NCBI GenBank assembly: GCA_951406725.2
Contig: OX597822.1
Coordinates: forward strand, 71,486,001 to 71,550,000
Length of the DNA: 64,000 nt
Origin: Octopus vulgaris
Taxonomy: Eukaryota
Direction of reading: 5' to 3'
The notes beneath the pieces were generated by a model that was not told the origin of the DNA, made no database searches, and was given only the letters and a program-made list of their open reading frames with translations. Made by a program: the position numbers and the translations under genes. Below are positions 12,860 through 25,428 of this stretch, one piece after another; position 1 is the stretch's first letter, and every line of letters begins with the position of its first letter.

Positions 12860-13166
12860 TATATATTTAAATATATACATATATATATGAATACACTTAC
12901 ATGTGTATATACATATCTGTCTTTACATGTAAATATATATATATGTCCATATATAAATAGTTTATTAAGAAATGTCAATTTGTAAAGAGCTAACAAATGC
13001 ACACAGGCATACCTATGCACACACACACACACACACACACGCAAACACACACACAGATACACACACACACACAGAAACACAAACACACGCATACATACAC
13101 ACACAGAGAAACACAAACGCACACAAACAGATATACACACAGACACACCTAGTACACACATGCATG

Positions 13167-13198
<32 letters not shown>

Positions 13199-13770
13199 AA
13201 CACACACACACAAACACACACAAACACACACACATACACACATATCCTGACATGATACAGACACAATAACAATTTTGAGATGTTCTTAACTTTTACCTGA
13301 AGACAAGAAGACAAGAGAGGTCAGTTCCATATGACACCAATTATTCTCTCAATCTGAGATGGATAGAAATGTGAAGTTTGCCCTAAACAAGATTTGAACT
13401 GCAATTTATTCGGTGTATTTGCGAGTGAATAACAGATGCACCGCACGCACTCACCCTTTTATCAAGTAATGTCTTGTATGACAATAATAAATATCTGTAA
13501 ATTTATGGTGCTAAAACATTAGCATATCTTTTCAATTTATTAGTGCCACATCCAGATATCCAGATTAGTAACAATATAACGCTGCTCTGATATCGTGTGA
13601 TACAAAATTACAGTCATTCGTCTTATACAAATAAATGAATGTGTGTATATATATATATATATATAAAACATATATATATATTGTTGTATTTAGGAATGGT
13701 CATTTTGCCAGTTTAGCCAATATACAAATATATATATATATATTATATATACATGTATATATATACACAC

Positions 13771-13829
<59 letters not shown>

Positions 13830-14105
13830 TATATATATACATATGTATAGATATAATTATGAATTCAAACATATATATATATAAATATATATGTATATAT
13901 ATATTTACACATATGAATACATATATATTTTGATGTGTGTGTGTGTGATTATATATATAATATATATATGTACATATATATTGATGCACATGCATGCACA
14001 CACACACCAGAGTATGCACATATATGTGGAACAGGATGGGAAAAAAATAGCACTCAAATTCCGGATGTAGAGTAATATGGTGATGTTTGCAGCTTTAATA
14101 ATAAA

Positions 14106-14177
<72 letters not shown>

Positions 14178-14181
<4 letters not shown>

Positions 14182-14320
14182 AAAGTTTACGAAAAGCAAA
14201 AGACAAAGACAGGTGGTGTACAAAACAAACAGATGTATTAGAATAGCGCTCAGGAATAGAAAAAGTCTTTTACATTTTGAGCCTACGCTCTTCTACAGAA
14301 AGGTACACAGAAAAAACAAT
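14178..14320 (-). mobile_element. PLE-like terminal family with decayed hammerhead (also 23746-23930 and 25429-25618)
   Basis: Three near-identical copies next to (TA)n; minus strand (23746 copy) cttt CTGTAGA a gagc-gtag-gctc AAAA cg TA aaag. Confidence 0.55.
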
Positions 14321-14553
14321 ATATGTTCTACTGTTACTGCTTTCAGTTATTGGACTGTGGTCATGCTGGAGCACCACCTTGAAAAGTTTGTAGTCGAATG
14401 AATCAACCTTTTTTTTTTGTAAGCCTAGAACTCATTCTATTGGTCTCTTTTTTTTTTTTTTTGCCTAGCTATAGAGTTACACAGATGTAAACAAACCAAC
14501 ACCGGTTGTCAAGTGGTGAGATGGAGACAAACGCAAACAAGAACGCACGCACG

Positions 14554-14605
<52 letters not shown>

Positions 14606-14649
14606 GGTGATATGGATATAGGTGCAAGCATCATGTGTTTCCCAACATA

Positions 14650-14835
14650 GATAAACGCCCAGCTGAATGTTTATCTATGTTGGGAAACACATGCTAACTA
14701 GATGGAACCAAATTACTAACATAGGGAGGGTGATCAACCAGTTCAAAGCCAATCATGCACAGCAGCCATTGAAACCAAGGACTTGCGTGCTGAAGCATTG
14801 TTCCAATGGAACAAGACTCAATTCATCAGTTTTTC
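14650..14835 (-). mobile_element. Mariner transposase C-terminal fragment
   Basis: Minus strand GFELVDHPPY motif. Confidence 0.7.
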
Positions 14836-16352
14836 TGGGTGTTTGGTTTTGATAGCCTTTCATAACTGCTTAGCAAGTTGGTATTGAACTTTTCGTTGAT
14901 GGTGTGATCATTTTGAAGATAATCAATAAACACAATATTTTTGGCATTAATGTGTAGTATATGTAATAATGTGAAGTATATTTTGCATATCAAAATATTT
15001 AATTTTGGAAATATATCAAGCGGATCAAACCTACGCAGTAAAAATACAAATTGCAAGTATTTTAAAATGTGGGACACTACATGATGAAAACTAACAAAAA
15101 AGGAGGAAAATAGTGGTTCTTGTGTTCCAAAGGTACAATGAGAAGGCTCAGGAGAAGAAAGGAAAGATGGGATTGAAAGGAAGAAAGATAGAAGGAAAGA
15201 AAAGAATGAAAAGTGAAAAGGTAAACTGAAGGTCTGAAGTTAATGTTAGGCAGGAGATGAAACAAAATACATGTCTTATCTATGTACTGGTCAAGTGGAT
15301 AAAAGATGAGTTATAAAAAATTGGATGGTCTTTTGGTACCAAAAAGTGAAGAAAGACAGAGTGAAATAGAGAGGGTTGGGGAAGAGCAAGTGGGAAGAAA
15401 GAGGGAGTGTGGAGAAAAAAAGGGAATAAAGATAGACAGTAGGTGGTTGACAGAGGTGGACAGAGGAAGAAATGGAAGGTAGTAAAGAGAGAAAGGCAGC
15501 AGATAGGTAGAGAGGCAGATAGAATAGATGGGGAAGGTTTTGTGCACAAGAGGGGAGAGGAGACAGACAGAGAAATAGATAGAAAAGAGAGCAAGTCTTG
15601 CACCAAATATTGAACACCGTGAGGGGTACAACTGAATGGGAACAGAAGTGGGGTGTGTGACATTACACTGACTAACAACCATAAAATGTTGCACAGAGAG
15701 TCATATATAATTTGAAATCAAATTTGATGATTGGCATCAATGCTAGTGGAGCGCTAAGAGTAACATACAAGCGTGATCGTTGCCAGAGCAACAAGCTGGT
15801 CTCCGTGCCGATGGCATGTAAAAAACACCATTCGAGTGTGATCGTTACTTCTGTCGCCTTACTGGCACTTGTGCTGGTGGCACGTGAAAAAACATTCCAG
15901 CGAGGTTGTTGCCAGTGCTGCTGGACTGGCTCCTGTGCAGGTGGCACATAAAAAGCACCATTTGAGCATTTGGCCATTGCCAGTACCACCTGACTGGCCC
16001 TCATGTTGGTGGCACGTAAAAGTGATGAAGCATTGTCCCAATGGAACAAGACTCAATTCATCAGTTTTTCTGGGTGTTTGGTTTTGATAGCCTTTCATAA
16101 CTGCTTAGCAAGTTGGTATTGAACTTTTCGTTGATGGTGTGATCATTTTGAAGATAATCAATAAATACAATATTTTTGGCATTAATGTGTAGTATATGTA
16201 ATAATGTGAAGTATATTTTGCATATCAAAATATTTAATTTTGGAAATATATCAAGCGGATCAAACATATGCAGTAAAAATACAAATTGCAAGTATTTTAA
16301 AATGTGGGACACTACATGATGAAAACTAACAAAGAAGGAAGAAAATAGTGGT
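14787..16352. repeat. Dispersed direct duplication of about 331 bp (14787-15117 and 16022-16352)
   Basis: Near-identical blocks; the second interrupts a family C element. Confidence 0.95.
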
Positions 16353-16516
16353 GCTCTCGAAGTGGTTGGCATTAGGAAGGGCATCCAGCTGTAGAAACTC
16401 TGCCAGATCAGATTGGAGTCTGGTGCAGCCATCCGGTTCACCAGACCTCAGTCAAATCGTCCAACCTATGCTAGCATGGAAAGCGGACGTTAATCGATGA
16501 TGATGATGATGATGAT
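15733..16516 (+). mobile_element. Family C element with (GAT)n tail, interrupted by the duplicated block
   Basis: Palindromic modules 15805-16021; tail ...catggaaagcggacgttaa-(gat)n. Confidence 0.85.
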
Positions 16517-16517
16517 A

Positions 16518-17430
16518 AAGGAAATTGTTGTATACAGTGCTCAGGTGCACTACAACTAAAAAACAAAAAAACCCATCAGCTGTACTACTGGCAGATTTCA
16601 GGAAGCATGGAAGTTTTGAAGGATGTAGTGTCTCGACAGCTAACAAATGATGTGGATAGTTTGTTCCATGTTTCAGCAATTCTGAGCATGAAAAAAATGT
16701 TTCCAGAAGTCATGGGTGCTGTATTGGTTTTTGATTTTATAAGCATGTTCACGAGTGTTTGTCATTTGGAATTCAAAACGGTGCCCAAGGTTGGACAGAT
16801 AGTGGATAATCTTGTGGGTGCCAACCAAGTCAGATGCCAGATGTCTGAGCTTCACTGCATCCATGCCCAGACAAGCATGACGTACACAGTATAGTAGATG
16901 TCTGATGTCGAGTATTCATTTTGTTGCACTCTTCTGAACTGTTGCCAGGAGATTTATCTGCTGTGCAAGATAGGGATTCCAGACTAGTGATCTAAATTCC
17001 AAGTGTGGCCGTACCATTTTAAATAGATAGCTGGAGAGCAGCTAGCGAAAGTCTTACTGAGTGATGCTAGACCCCACTCTTCAGCCTTCTTGGCAATCTT
17101 AGAGATGTGGTTTGTCCAATGCAGATCATTGTTTACAATAATGCCCAGATCACGTCCGCTAGAAGATTTCTTCAGATAGGTGTTGCTGAGGGAGTATGTA
17201 TAGGCTGGATTTTTTCCTCCCAAAATGCATGGTGTCAAACTTGTCCACAGCTAGCTTGAGTTGCCAGCCAGAGATCCATTGCTGCATTGTATCCAGGTCT
17301 GATCACAGGAAAGATCTATAGGGCATAAGATCTGTTCTTTTTATTTCGAGGTATAGCTTAATGTCATCCGCCTATTTCAGCACTGTAACATTCTTCAAAT
17401 TGGTAACTATATCATTAATATATGCAACAA
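16518..17430 (-). mobile_element. CR1-like LINE 3' portion (RT pseudogene)
   Basis: LK*ADDIKLY (decayed YADD) at about 17355-17380; RDLGIIVNNDLHWTNHISKIAKKA; NTREHAYKI...KHFF. Confidence 0.85.
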
Positions 17431-17639
17431 ACCTTTTCTTTATGTGCTATAAAGGCAGAAGTAAATCTGTCTTCAACTCAGTTACACGTCTGTGTTTCAT
17501 TTATTCTATTTGTATGTTTTACAACATAAAAGTCACCAACTGCCTATAACCTGAGTAATTGCTGATGCCACATGCCTGGTATGTATGTATGTATGTATGT
17601 ATGCAATAATACAAATAATATATATATGTATATATATAC

Positions 17640-17915
17640 ATACATGCATATATGGGTACAGGATGTCACCAACAGTAAACAACATGAAATACGAAAGCAA
17701 ATAAATTCAATACACAAACAACGAGAGAAACAAATGGAAAACAGGACAAGTAACATAAACAACGACCCTTTATCAGTTGTCTGCTGTCCAGCTACACCTC
17801 ATTTCGAGCATTGAATGACAATATGAGTCTTCGATGACAGTTGCTCCCATAAGTACCAAAATAAAATTTGGGATTTATGGAGGGTCAAATTTGAGAACAA
17901 AAACAGGACAGTGGA
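17640..17915 (-). mobile_element. Family F non-coding repeat (second copy 45300-45632 +)
   Basis: Reverse-complement similarity along the whole length; ends near (TA)n; carries GAAA-N25-CTGANRA. Confidence 0.7.
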
Positions 17916-18012
17916 AGTGTGTGTGTGTAAGTATGTATTTATGTAAGTATGTATTTATGTAAGTATGTATGTGTGTGTGTATGTATTTATGTATTACATA
18001 TGTGTGTATGTA

Positions 18013-18577
18013 TTGGGTTGTCCGGAAAGTCTGTGCCGATTTTTAAAGGCAAGAAAAAGGTTAATAAATACTTGCCATTACATTTTAATCAGCCAAATAT
18101 GAACCATTTTGTTGCACAATGTGTCTCCATCTTTCCTTTAACTTGAAAATACCCTCTTCCCAGAATTGAGGTGGATTCATGGCAAAGAATTCACCAAGGT
18201 ATCTTCTTACGTCATCCAAGGAATTGAAATTTTTGCCATTAAGACTATTCTGCAGAGACCTGAATAAATGAAAATCTGAAAAAGCAATATCTGGTGAATA
18301 TGGAGGGTAGGGTAACACATCCCAGCCGAGCTGCAGCAATTTTTGTCTGGTTCCCAAAGCATCAAGTGCCGAAAATGAACTTTCTTATCTTCCATTTTAA
18401 AGGGTTACAAAATTAACACAGGTTTTAGGAACATAAACCTTCTTCCACGAAAAGATAGCTTAAACTGTGCTCTAAATGGAGGTGTAGTCAAATCCTATTT
18501 CATGAACTCAAACATGTTATAAAATAAGTCGAAAGGTAAGCTACCATAAATCGGCACGAACATTCCAGACAACCGAA
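18013..18577 (-). mobile_element. Internally deleted mariner element with both TIRs
   Basis: TA|ttgggttgtccggaaagtctgtgccgattt ... aaatcggcacgaacattccagacaaccgaa|TA; MEDKKVHFRHLML fused to LPYPPYSPDIAFSDFHLFRSLQN. Confidence 0.95.
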
Positions 18578-18749
18578 TATTTATGCATGTATGTATGTGC
18601 GTATATGACATAAGTGCTTCCCTAATATTGATTGATAAAAAGAAAGGATGCAGCTGTACCCTAAACACATTTTCACAAAGAATGTATCTCTATGAACCAA
18701 GAGATATTAACCAAAGAAACTTACCAAATAACAAAAGTTTCCTCAAGAG

Positions 18750-19720
18750 ACTAAGAGAATTTATCACTCTAAAGTAAACAAACATGATGAAAATTTTGCA
18801 AACAACCATGGACTCATGGCAATTCAAAGCCCACCACACAATCATTTTCTTCAACCATTCAGAGATGAAGTATTTATGATGTACAGAAACATAAGATTCA
18901 ACAAGTGAAGGAACATATTGTAGCATGTTGCTGAAGCAGATATTAAACTACATCAAAACCTGTGCAAAATTGTTTGTATAATTGAACAAGGCAAACAGGC
19001 TTTCAATCATCTTTTTTTTTAAAGCTCAGTCTCTGGCACTGACAAGAAAACAAAAGATAACAAAATATGCTTCTTTAAGGAACATAAACAGAACAGCTAA
19101 AAATATTGCTATTAACTTGAAAATTTAAAACAGTTGATATCTTACTACACAAATGCTAATATATCACAAACCGATAAAACCTTCTAACTGTGACCTATGT
19201 ATCATTAGCAAGAAAATCATTGACATATTTATATCCTGAATAAAAACACACTTGGCTTTTACCTCTCTGGAGTAAAACATATTGTTATAATCAAAAAGAT
19301 CCTAAACAAAAATTAATGTCACTTCTTCCATTTTAGCACTAAGGACTATTTTGCAGCTCTGAACTTCGCCAAATCAATCACCACAATGAAATACACAGAA
19401 ATTGAGATAATATTACAAGCCATGAAATCTCTTCTATTTTGCAACAATGCATACTGGATAAAGAAAGCACTAAATAATCATCTAATGTCAGCATGGTAGT
19501 GAAAGGCTCAGCAGAGACCAGTGACATTGTTGGCCAATACATATTATCTTCTCTATTCATCAAATTTCATTTGTTTAAAGCAGTTTTTATTGGGATGATC
19601 GTCAGAAACTTCAAGCAAATACAAACATTCTTAGAAAGGAATTACATACCTTCTTTAAAACCTTGAGATTTTTCTTAAAAACGGTTAAATTCCTTTACAC
19701 TAATTTAAACTTAGGAACTT
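18750..19720 (+). pseudogene. Penelope-like reverse transcriptase pseudogene fragment
   Basis: From 19323: FFHFSTKDYF-ALNFAKSIT...IILQAMKSLLFCNNAYWIKK / NVSM..GSAETSDIVGQYIL / FYWDD, the motif order of PLE RTs. Confidence 0.7.
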
Positions 19721-19753
19721 CAATTTAAAAGGAAATGAAAAAATACAATAATA

Positions 19754-19940
19754 CAGTTCTATATTTAAGAGATGAGGAATTATGTACATTATTTACGTTA
19801 TTCACATTATTTACATTTGACGGATATTTGTCCTCATCTTTGTTGTTAACACAGCATTTCAGCTGATTTACCCTCCAGCCTTCATCACGTGTCTAGGGGA
19901 AATTTTGAACCTGGGTTCCCATTCCTAAGGTATTTTTCGA

Positions 19941-19996
<56 letters not shown>
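19754..19996 (-). mobile_element. Family E 3' part (hammerhead-bearing), inverted relative to the adjacent copy
   Basis: Reverse complement of 20080-20306, and extends further 3' (matches 60761-60830). Confidence 0.85.
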
Positions 19997-19999
<3 letters not shown>

Positions 20000-20005
20000 G
20001 CCTGT

Positions 20006-20115
20006 GGGCATATGGAGTAGTGGTTAAGAGCAAGGGCTACTAACCCCAAGATTCTGAGTTTGATTCCAGGCAGTGACCTGAATAATAATAATAAGAAGAA
20101 ATAATTATAATAATC

Positions 20116-20172
<57 letters not shown>

Positions 20173-20306
20173 TCGAAAAATACCTTAGGAATGAGAACCA
20201 ACGTTTGAAATTTCCCCAAGACACCTGATGAAGGCTGGAAGGTATGTCAGCCGAAACGTGTTAACAACAAACAAGATGAGGACAAATATCCCTCAAATGT
20301 AAATAA
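20006..20306 (+). mobile_element. Family E: tRNA-headed SINE with (AAT)n linker and hammerhead motif
   Basis: A box TGGAGTAGTGG, B box GAGTTTGATTCC, (AAT)n, then gacac CTGATGA a ggctg...cagcc GAAA cg at 20220-20258; second copy 63805-64000. Confidence 0.8.
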
Positions 20307-20383
20307 CTGAAATATAGTTTTATAAATATATGTGTGTGTGTAATCAAAAGAAGATTAACTATAATAATCTTTTCTAATTATTA

Positions 20384-20623
20384 TTACTCTTTTATTATTA
20401 CACTTTTACTCTTTTACTTGTTTCAGTCATTTGACTGTGGCCATGCTGGAGCACCACCTTTAGTCGAGCAAATCGACCCCAGAACTTATTCTTTGTAAGC
20501 TTAGTACTTATTCTATTGGTCTCCTTTGCCAAACTGCTAAGTTACGGGGACGTAAACACATCAGCATCAGTTGTCAAGCGATGTTGGGGGGACAAACACA
20601 GACACACAAACATATACACACGC

Positions 20624-20673
<50 letters not shown>

Positions 20674-20833
20674 GACTTCTTTCAATTTCTGTCTACCAAA
20701 TCCACTCACAAGGCTTTGGTCAGCCCGAGGTTATAGTAGAAGACACTTGCCCAAGGGGCCATGCAGTGGGATTGAACCTGGAACCATGTGGTTGGTAAGC
20801 AAACTACTTACCACACAGCCACTCCTGTGCCTA
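20384..20833 (-). mobile_element. SINE A, full length
   Basis: Family similarity. Confidence 0.95.
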
Positions 20834-21099
20834 TTTATATATATATATATGAGAACCATATGCATACATACACGCATATGTGCAAATATTCTTATATATG
20901 TATACACACATACACACACACACATATATATATATACATGTGTACTATATATATGTGTGAGCATGTGTGTATACACACACACATCCCAAAAGTAAATACA
21001 TGCCCATCATTATGCTGTTTGTTTTATCTGTGTAAACACGACCTGGTGCTTCAAACTTGTTGATATATAATCATTTTTCATTTCAGCTTATAGCAACTA

Positions 21100-21440
21100 G
21101 CCATGTCTTGAACAGCAGAAACAAAAGTATTGTCTGATTTTCAAAGAGAGCATATCGTAGGTCAGTCTGGGGGTGGACTTAGACGGCATAAGATTGCGCA
21201 AGACCTTGGAGTTCTTCTTGCCACAGTCAATAGAATAATTGTAGTATTCACCAACAAAGGAGAGGAAGCAAACAATCTCATTCAGGTATACACTTGCCTG
21301 GCCTCTGATAGGTGTCTTCAGAATGTCAAAAGCAGATTGCTGAAAATAATCCTTGTTGTAAGACAGCTGATGTTGCAGAACAACTCCATTTGAAGTGTTT
21401 CTGTGATTTATCTCCCTTAAGTTGGCTACTATGGCAGAGC
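21100..21440 (+). mobile_element. Tc1-like transposase N-terminal fragment
   Basis: LSDFQREHIVG...RHKIAQDLGVLLATVNRII, a paired-like HTH. Confidence 0.75.
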
Positions 21441-22138
21441 AGCTAGAAGAAAACCTTCTGATTAGCAAATATTCAAAGGAAAAAGGAGAAATAAATCTTC
21501 AAAATAATGGGTCTGTTTATTTTTGAGATGTCACAATACATACTTACACACACAGACACACACGTGCACACACATTCACACACACGTAATTGATGAAGGA
21601 AATGGAAAATGGATTTTGTACGAATCAAATCAAATCCATTTTCTATTTCCTTCATCAATTATAAAGCAAATGAACACTACAGAAATCTTGACATAGCTCC
21701 AGTGAAAATAATACCACAACTGTGAATGTTATCAGGTAGATCAAATGGTGAATGTGCTTTAACTGGCATAGTAATAGACATGTACCCAAAGTCCAAATAA
21801 TTATATATATATGTATGTAATATTAGGTGGGGGGCTCTGAAAGGGGTCTCATGGAGTAGCATCCATGCCTTCCTGGGCTAGTTTTCCACCACATTTCTTA
21901 AAAATCGTCGTAGAGGCTGTGGTCTCGGGACCACTCATGTCTAGAAACTGAGGTTGGGGGTAAGCAAGGGCATGCTCCCCAAAAATCCAGCTCCAAAAAA
22001 GCTTCATGACAGCAAAGGAGAATGGGCCCCAGCCAGCCCAAAGATTGGGGTGGGTTGCACTTGCCTACTTAGGTTGCTATGGCAATGAAGTTGCTCTGGC
22101 CACCCCTGTTAACGGGGACAAAACTTGGATTTAAAATA

Positions 22139-22170
<32 letters not shown>

Positions 22171-22178
22171 GGGGGATG

Positions 22179-22209
<31 letters not shown>

Positions 22210-22952
22210 GGATGATGATGAGGATGATGATGATGATGTGTATGTATATAAAATGTAAAGAAAGTCAGGGGATATCAGATCAATATACTTCTTTCACCAG
22301 TTGGTATCTTATGATTGTGATCATTTCACTGCCAAAATCATGGGAAAATAACTTATTTTAATGTATAATAAATTATTTTACATGTTAGCATTAGTAAACA
22401 TGTGATAAATTAAATAGTACTATTATACAATTTACAATGTAATACAAGTATAGAAGGCTAGCTCTATAATTAATTATTGTCTTCCATACATTAATATTTT
22501 GAAGACAACTTTTTGCTTTTGTATATGTATATTGAGTTGAAGAATGGATGTAACCATGGTATTCTATGATCTGAAGAGCTAGCCTTCTATACCTGTATTG
22601 CCTTGTAAATTTTACAATAGTACTATGTAACTTATAACATATATACTAATGCAGACATGTAAAATCATTTATTATGCACTAAAATGAGTTATTTTTCCAT
22701 TTTGTTGACTGCAAAACGATTGTGATCTTATGGATGTCAACTGGTGAAATAATATATTCATTTTGTACCTCCTGACTTTCTGAAATAGATGTTACTAATT
22801 TGGTCTAATGGATTCCAACTGCATAGGATGATGCATTACATCTCTCTGTACTGGTCAAATATGTGGTTTGTAGCTCGGTCCACTAAAGGAGCTTTTTTGT
22901 AAGTACAACCAGTTTAGTTAAATCCATGTACTGTGTATTAAATATGTATATG

Positions 22953-22986
<34 letters not shown>

Positions 22987-23042
22987 TGTATCTATCTATC
23001 TATCTGTCTGTCTGTCTATCTATCTATCTATCAATCTATCTT

Positions 23043-23107
<65 letters not shown>

Positions 23108-23173
23108 ATATATATATATATATAAATAAATGAAAGAATGGAGTTGAACGACGATTTAACAAAATTCCTTTAT

Positions 23174-23254
23174 TCTCGACATATGTTTCGAAGACTGCAT
23201 ATTCCTGTTTCCGAAGGAATAAAGGGTGCATTATGCCGCCTTCTCATCAGGAAA
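23174..23254 (-). ncRNA. Type I hammerhead ribozyme motif (canonical core)
   Basis: Inverted copy of 23362-23442 with intact CTGATGA, GAAA and GTC. Confidence 0.8.
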
Positions 23255-23361
23255 GCCAAGGAACTTATGTCAGCATCATGACGAACAAAAACTTTTAGAT
23301 GACTGCCCACACGGAGTCCATAGTGATAATATTTGTCATGATGCTGACATAAGTTGTTGGC

Positions 23362-23442
23362 TTTCCTGATGAGAAGTCGGCATAATGCACCCTTTATTCC
23401 TTCGGAAATAGGAATATGCAGTCTTCGAAACATATGTCGAGA
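23362..23442 (+). ncRNA. Type I hammerhead ribozyme motif (canonical core, extended stem II)
   Basis: tttc CTGATGA gaag...(tattcct/aggaata)...cttc GAAA catatg TC gaga. Confidence 0.82.
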
Positions 23443-23636
23443 ATAAAGGAATTTTGTTAAATCGTCGTTCAGCTCCATTCTTTCATTTATTTATAGTAAA
23501 AAAACACACAAATTTCCACACGAAAGCACGTGATCTCTGCCCTTGGCATGTAGCTTCAACCATGTTTTCTGACGTGAATTTGCTACCCGGGTATCGGTTA
23601 ACTGAATTATCCATAGTAGGATAATTCATTCAACTA

Positions 23637-23687
<51 letters not shown>

Positions 23688-24253
23688 GTATGTATGCATG
23701 TATATATATATGTATGTGTGTATGTGTATATATGTATATATATAAAGGGAAAGTTTATGAAAATAAACAAAAGACGAAGGCAGGTGGTGTACAAACAAAC
23801 AGATGTATTAGTATAGCGCTCAGGAATAGAAAAAGTCTTTTACGTTTTGAGCCTACGCTCTTCTACAGAAAGGTACACAGAAAAAACAAGGAGAGAAAAA
23901 AATGTGTGTAATAGCTAACGATCTATCATACATATGTATATATATATGTGTGTGTGTGAGTATATATGTATATATGCATGTATGTGTATATATATATATA
24001 TACACTTGCATGTATATATATATATATTTATGTATCTGTATATGTACCGGTGGCACATAAAAAGCACTCAGTGCACACTCTGTTAAGCGGTTGGCATTCG
24101 GAAGGACATCCAGCCATAAAAAACTGTGCCTCAACAGGCAATTAGAGTCTGGACAGCTCCCTGCTGGCCACCTCCGTATGAAACTGTTCAACCAATGCCA
24201 GCATGGATAGTAGACATTAAATGATGATGATATATGTGAGAGTGTGCGTTTGT

Positions 24254-24308
<55 letters not shown>

Positions 24309-24470
24309 CCTACGTAAAACAAAAAAGGTGTTATATTCTGGGAGATCTTTATAGTAGCAGAAAAGGCATTTTAACTCCTATTTCTAAAATTCGGCATGTG
24401 GTGAAGCAATTAGCTGACCCCTGATTATAATTATGTTTATAATTATAGAATATATACATACATACATACA

Positions 24471-25388
24471 TTTATTTATTTTATTTATTTATTATATTGT
24501 TATTATATGACCGAACGCACATGTTGTTTCTCTTCTCCAAGTAAGTTTTTATTTGAATAATCATGACGCGCACTCTTACTCTTTACTTGACCTTTCCTTC
24601 CTGCCTGTCTGTCTTCCTCACTACTTGTCTCTCTCCTTCTTATTTTTCACCCTTTCTGGTTTCTTTTCCCCTCTCTCTCTCTCCCTCTCTCTCTCTCCCT
24701 CTCTCTCTCTCTCTCTCCTCCTCCTCCTCCTCCTCCTCTCTTTGGCCGTTGACCGGAGTGCTACTAAAACTTTCTTTCAGCTCGTGCTTTCAACAAGCAT
24801 ACATCGACTTCTCTGTCTTTCACAAGCCAATTTTTCACATGCGTTCTAACTAATTTTTCCACTGTCTAGGCCTAAAAAAGCCCTTATTGTTGGTTTCCTT
24901 GTCCTGTTATTCTTTATTTGTACTGTTTTTTCTACTGTTTTTTTTTTCATTTGTATTGCTTTTACGTCCTGTTCTTGTCACTTGTTTTACCCCTCTGCAA
25001 AAGAATTTTATTTAATTCCTTTTGCAGGAAGGACTGCTTCGGCTTGGCCATGTTCTGCCCTTACCTTCAAAACAAGCATTGAGTCGAACCAGGGGCAGCT
25101 GATGAAGGGGAATTTTCCTTGTATTGTTTGTCCTGTACTCTGTTTTTTCGTTGTTAAAAAAAGTCCGTTTCCTTGTTGGATTTTATGTTTTCGTTTCTCG
25201 TTGTGTTCTACGTTTATTTGTGGTGTCCTGTACTCATATATATATATATATATGCATGTATATATACACATAGATGTAAGTATGTACATATATGTATTTA
25301 TATATGCATATGTTTTATTTATTTTATTTATTTATTATATTGTTATTATATGACCGAACACATGCGTTGTTTCTCTTCTCCAAGTAAG

Positions 25389-25395
<7 letters not shown>
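24471..25395 (+). mobile_element. Non-coding element bracketed by ~80-bp direct repeats
   Basis: 24471-24552 and 25314-25395 are near identical; the interior ends ...gtcctgtactcatata like family F. Confidence 0.6.

Positions 25396-25428
<33 letters not shown>

Larger units (their letters stand above)
23121..23640 (+). mobile_element. Penelope-like terminal remnant with ~160-bp inverted repeat
   Basis: 23121-23282 is inverted to 23335-23494; both arms contain a hammerhead; flanked by (TA)n. Confidence 0.85.

Noticed and set aside
15805-16021. CRISPR-like array of palindromic repeats with spacers (also 41571-41860)
   Set aside because: Spacers resemble each other, arrays are part of dispersed family C retroelement ends, there are no cas genes, and the context is eukaryotic.
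20006-20080. Functional tRNA gene (also heads at 39693, 60300 and of SINE A/B)
   Set aside because: No complete cloverleaf evident, and each is fused to a repeat body, so these are SINE heads.
21826-22240. GC-richer block ending in (GAT)n, possibly an RTE-related SINE or 5' UTR ribozyme
   Set aside because: Single copy in the window; I could not fold an HDV-like structure or assign a family.
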